From Lama glama (taxonomy: Eukaryota), in NCBI GenBank assembly GCA_028534125.1, contig CM052816.1, positions 94,118,001-94,182,000 on the forward strand: a stretch of 64,000 nucleotides of DNA. The letters are read 5' to 3'. This document shows positions 62,094-64,000 of the stretch, piece by piece. The notes under the pieces are model-generated. The model was not told the DNA's origin and ran no database searches. It was given only the letters and a program-made list of their open reading frames with translations. A program made the position numbers and the translations under genes. Each line of letters begins with the position of its first letter. Position 1 is the first letter of the stretch.

Positions 62094-64000
62094 CCCAGCC
62101 TGTAAAGTCACTGCAACGTGAAGTCGTGACGACTGGCTCAGACCTCTGCGTTTATGTCCTTGCCTTTGTAGCCCCTCTCCTCCTGCTTCCAGGGATCGCT
62201 CAGAGTAAAGCTTGGATTGGTACTTCCTGCACTTGGGAAACGCAGGGGACCTGTCGCCTGCTACAAGAAGTGGCAAGAGAAAGCGAAAATCCTCTGAGAA
62301 GCAGGTGTGAGGCTGTGGAAGAGACCACTGGCTTGGCTTGTGTTCCACAGGATACAAGAAGCTGGAGGTGAATGTTGAGTCCTAGAGACTTGGAATAACT
62401 GGCAAGCCAGCACCCAGAACAAGGAAGCATCTCTCCAGGTAAAATGAGCGGCGGCCAAGAGAGGCAGAGTCATGGAAAAGAGCACAGAGTTCACTAAGGG
62501 GCCAGAAGACAGTGAATTCCTAAATCTGCCTGTTCAAGAAGGACCTGCCACTCTGCTCATCTCTGCCTGGTTCCTGGAAAAGTCAGAAATGGACCTGCAG
62601 GCTTGCGGGGTGCGGGGTAGAGGACACTGGTAGGCAAAAGAGCAAAGACCCATAGTGCTGGAGCCCACTCTCAGGGGGCTGGAGCTGGCAAAGCTGTAAC
62701 AAAATGTGGAGTCAAGTTCCTGATCGTTAACACCTTGGAGTGAACATTCTAAGTGTGACATGTGACTGTATTTGTGACGTAAAGTGACCAATGAACTTTT
62801 TCTTACCAAAGAGAAAGCAGATAGGCGAGGGGCTCTCCCAGAGTTTCCATCCTCTGATGGGGGAAGGTTTCACCTTTCAAGGGGCTCAGCGTACCTGAGA
62901 GCTGCTATGTTAGTCATCACTTAGGCCATGCCCAGATTGTCCCATTGAATGGACCACATACTCAAATGATAGGCGCTGGAGGAGGTGACCTACATCAACC
63001 CTTCCAGACTAGAGGGGCACATTTGTCTTAGGCCACTTTGTGTCTCTTCTCTGCCCCCCAAGAGCTCCATGCAGTATCAAAGGTGGCTGAATTAGAACGA
63101 TTCACCATGTCCCTCTCCCCCATTTCAGTAAAAGGCTTTTTATGTTGGAACAACTCAAAAGGGAAAACGCAGGGACCCACAATTTAATGACACCATTTTG
63201 AGCATCCTGATGTAAAATGACGCCAAGGTCATCGCTATGTGGTCTGGAGTCTGAGGGAGGAAATGTTCAGTTTAGAGAGGAAGGAAGTGGAGGGGAGGGT
63301 CCAGGAGACCCTTTTAACTTTCCAGAGGACCCAGTTCCACCAGGGATGAGGAACCTGCAGGGACAGAGCCACCAGCTGCCGTGGTGAAGGACCCACTTAA
63401 ACTGCCCCCGGTCTAGTGTTCCCGCAGGACATTTCCTAAAAAAGCCAGCAGCAGCTTATCTTTCGGGGTCTCCTTAATCACTGAAATCCAGTTCCCTGCA
63501 AAGGCTCCATTCGCTTTTCTTCCAGACTCTTTGGCCCTCTGCCCAAACCACCTCTTAAAATTCTGTGAGAGTGTGGACTTGCATTAGGTGTATAAAATCC
63601 CATGAAAAAATCATGCTTTGATTTGAAATGCCCGTGTAATCAGAAATAAAATCCAGCGCATAATTCTAAGAGAAAATAGGTCAGAGTCCCTGGCGTAGAT
63701 TTGTGGATATGAGATCAGTTTCCTATCCCCACTTCTACCCCCCACATCCTGCAGGTACTCACACTCCCACAAACGCACACGCACACACAGGACATTTGCT
63801 TGGATTTTCCCTGGGGGATGAAAGCATTAAGGATTACATGACACATGCCAGGTAACTTACCATTGATCTTCCATTTCTGGAGTGGACGTGGGGAAGTCAC
63901 AGGGGTCTCTGTGACCCCCTGAGGGCACGCATGGGTCATTAACGGGTGTGTGCATTTTTCTTATCAATCATAATTGCAAGTCATTTACATAGGCATGTCT

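Noticed and set aside
62094..64000. GC-richer post-gap segment with short overlapping ORFs and a CRE-like TGACGTAA near 62775
   Set aside because: No recognisable protein or CpG island, similar GC occurs at 59500-60200, and a single motif is not evidence.
1..64000. CRISPR array or prokaryotic operon/defence system
   Set aside because: The sequence is mammalian, with no repeat-spacer array and no gene-dense segment suggesting contamination or horizontal transfer.

Overview
AT-rich, repeat-dense mammalian genomic DNA. It is most likely from a camelid (camel/llama/alpaca), judged from two Vic-1-type tRNA-derived SINEs and several camelid-type L1 3' ends. I recognise no protein-coding gene; the ORF track consists of chance ORFs, N-gap artefacts and decayed L1 ORF2 pieces. 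The clearest non-TE feature is a 3'-truncated, tailless 7SK retropseudogene with a 14-bp target-site duplication (TSD) at 6867-7112. The rest is L1 fragments of many ages, MaLR (MLT1) LTRs, three ERV1-like solo LTRs (one MER41-like), MER58A/MER20 DNA transposons, L2/MIR relics and microsatellites. Three gaps of exactly 500 N split the window, so contiguity across them is unproven. Unique stretches hold a near-consensus RFX X-box (2798-2811), homeobox-motif clusters and a few unverified exon-like segments. I found no convincing new multi-gene system; the most unusual items are retrotransposition oddities and candidate regulatory or exonic elements. Repeat family names are from memory of consensus sequences, not from a database search, and boundaries of old repeats are approximate.
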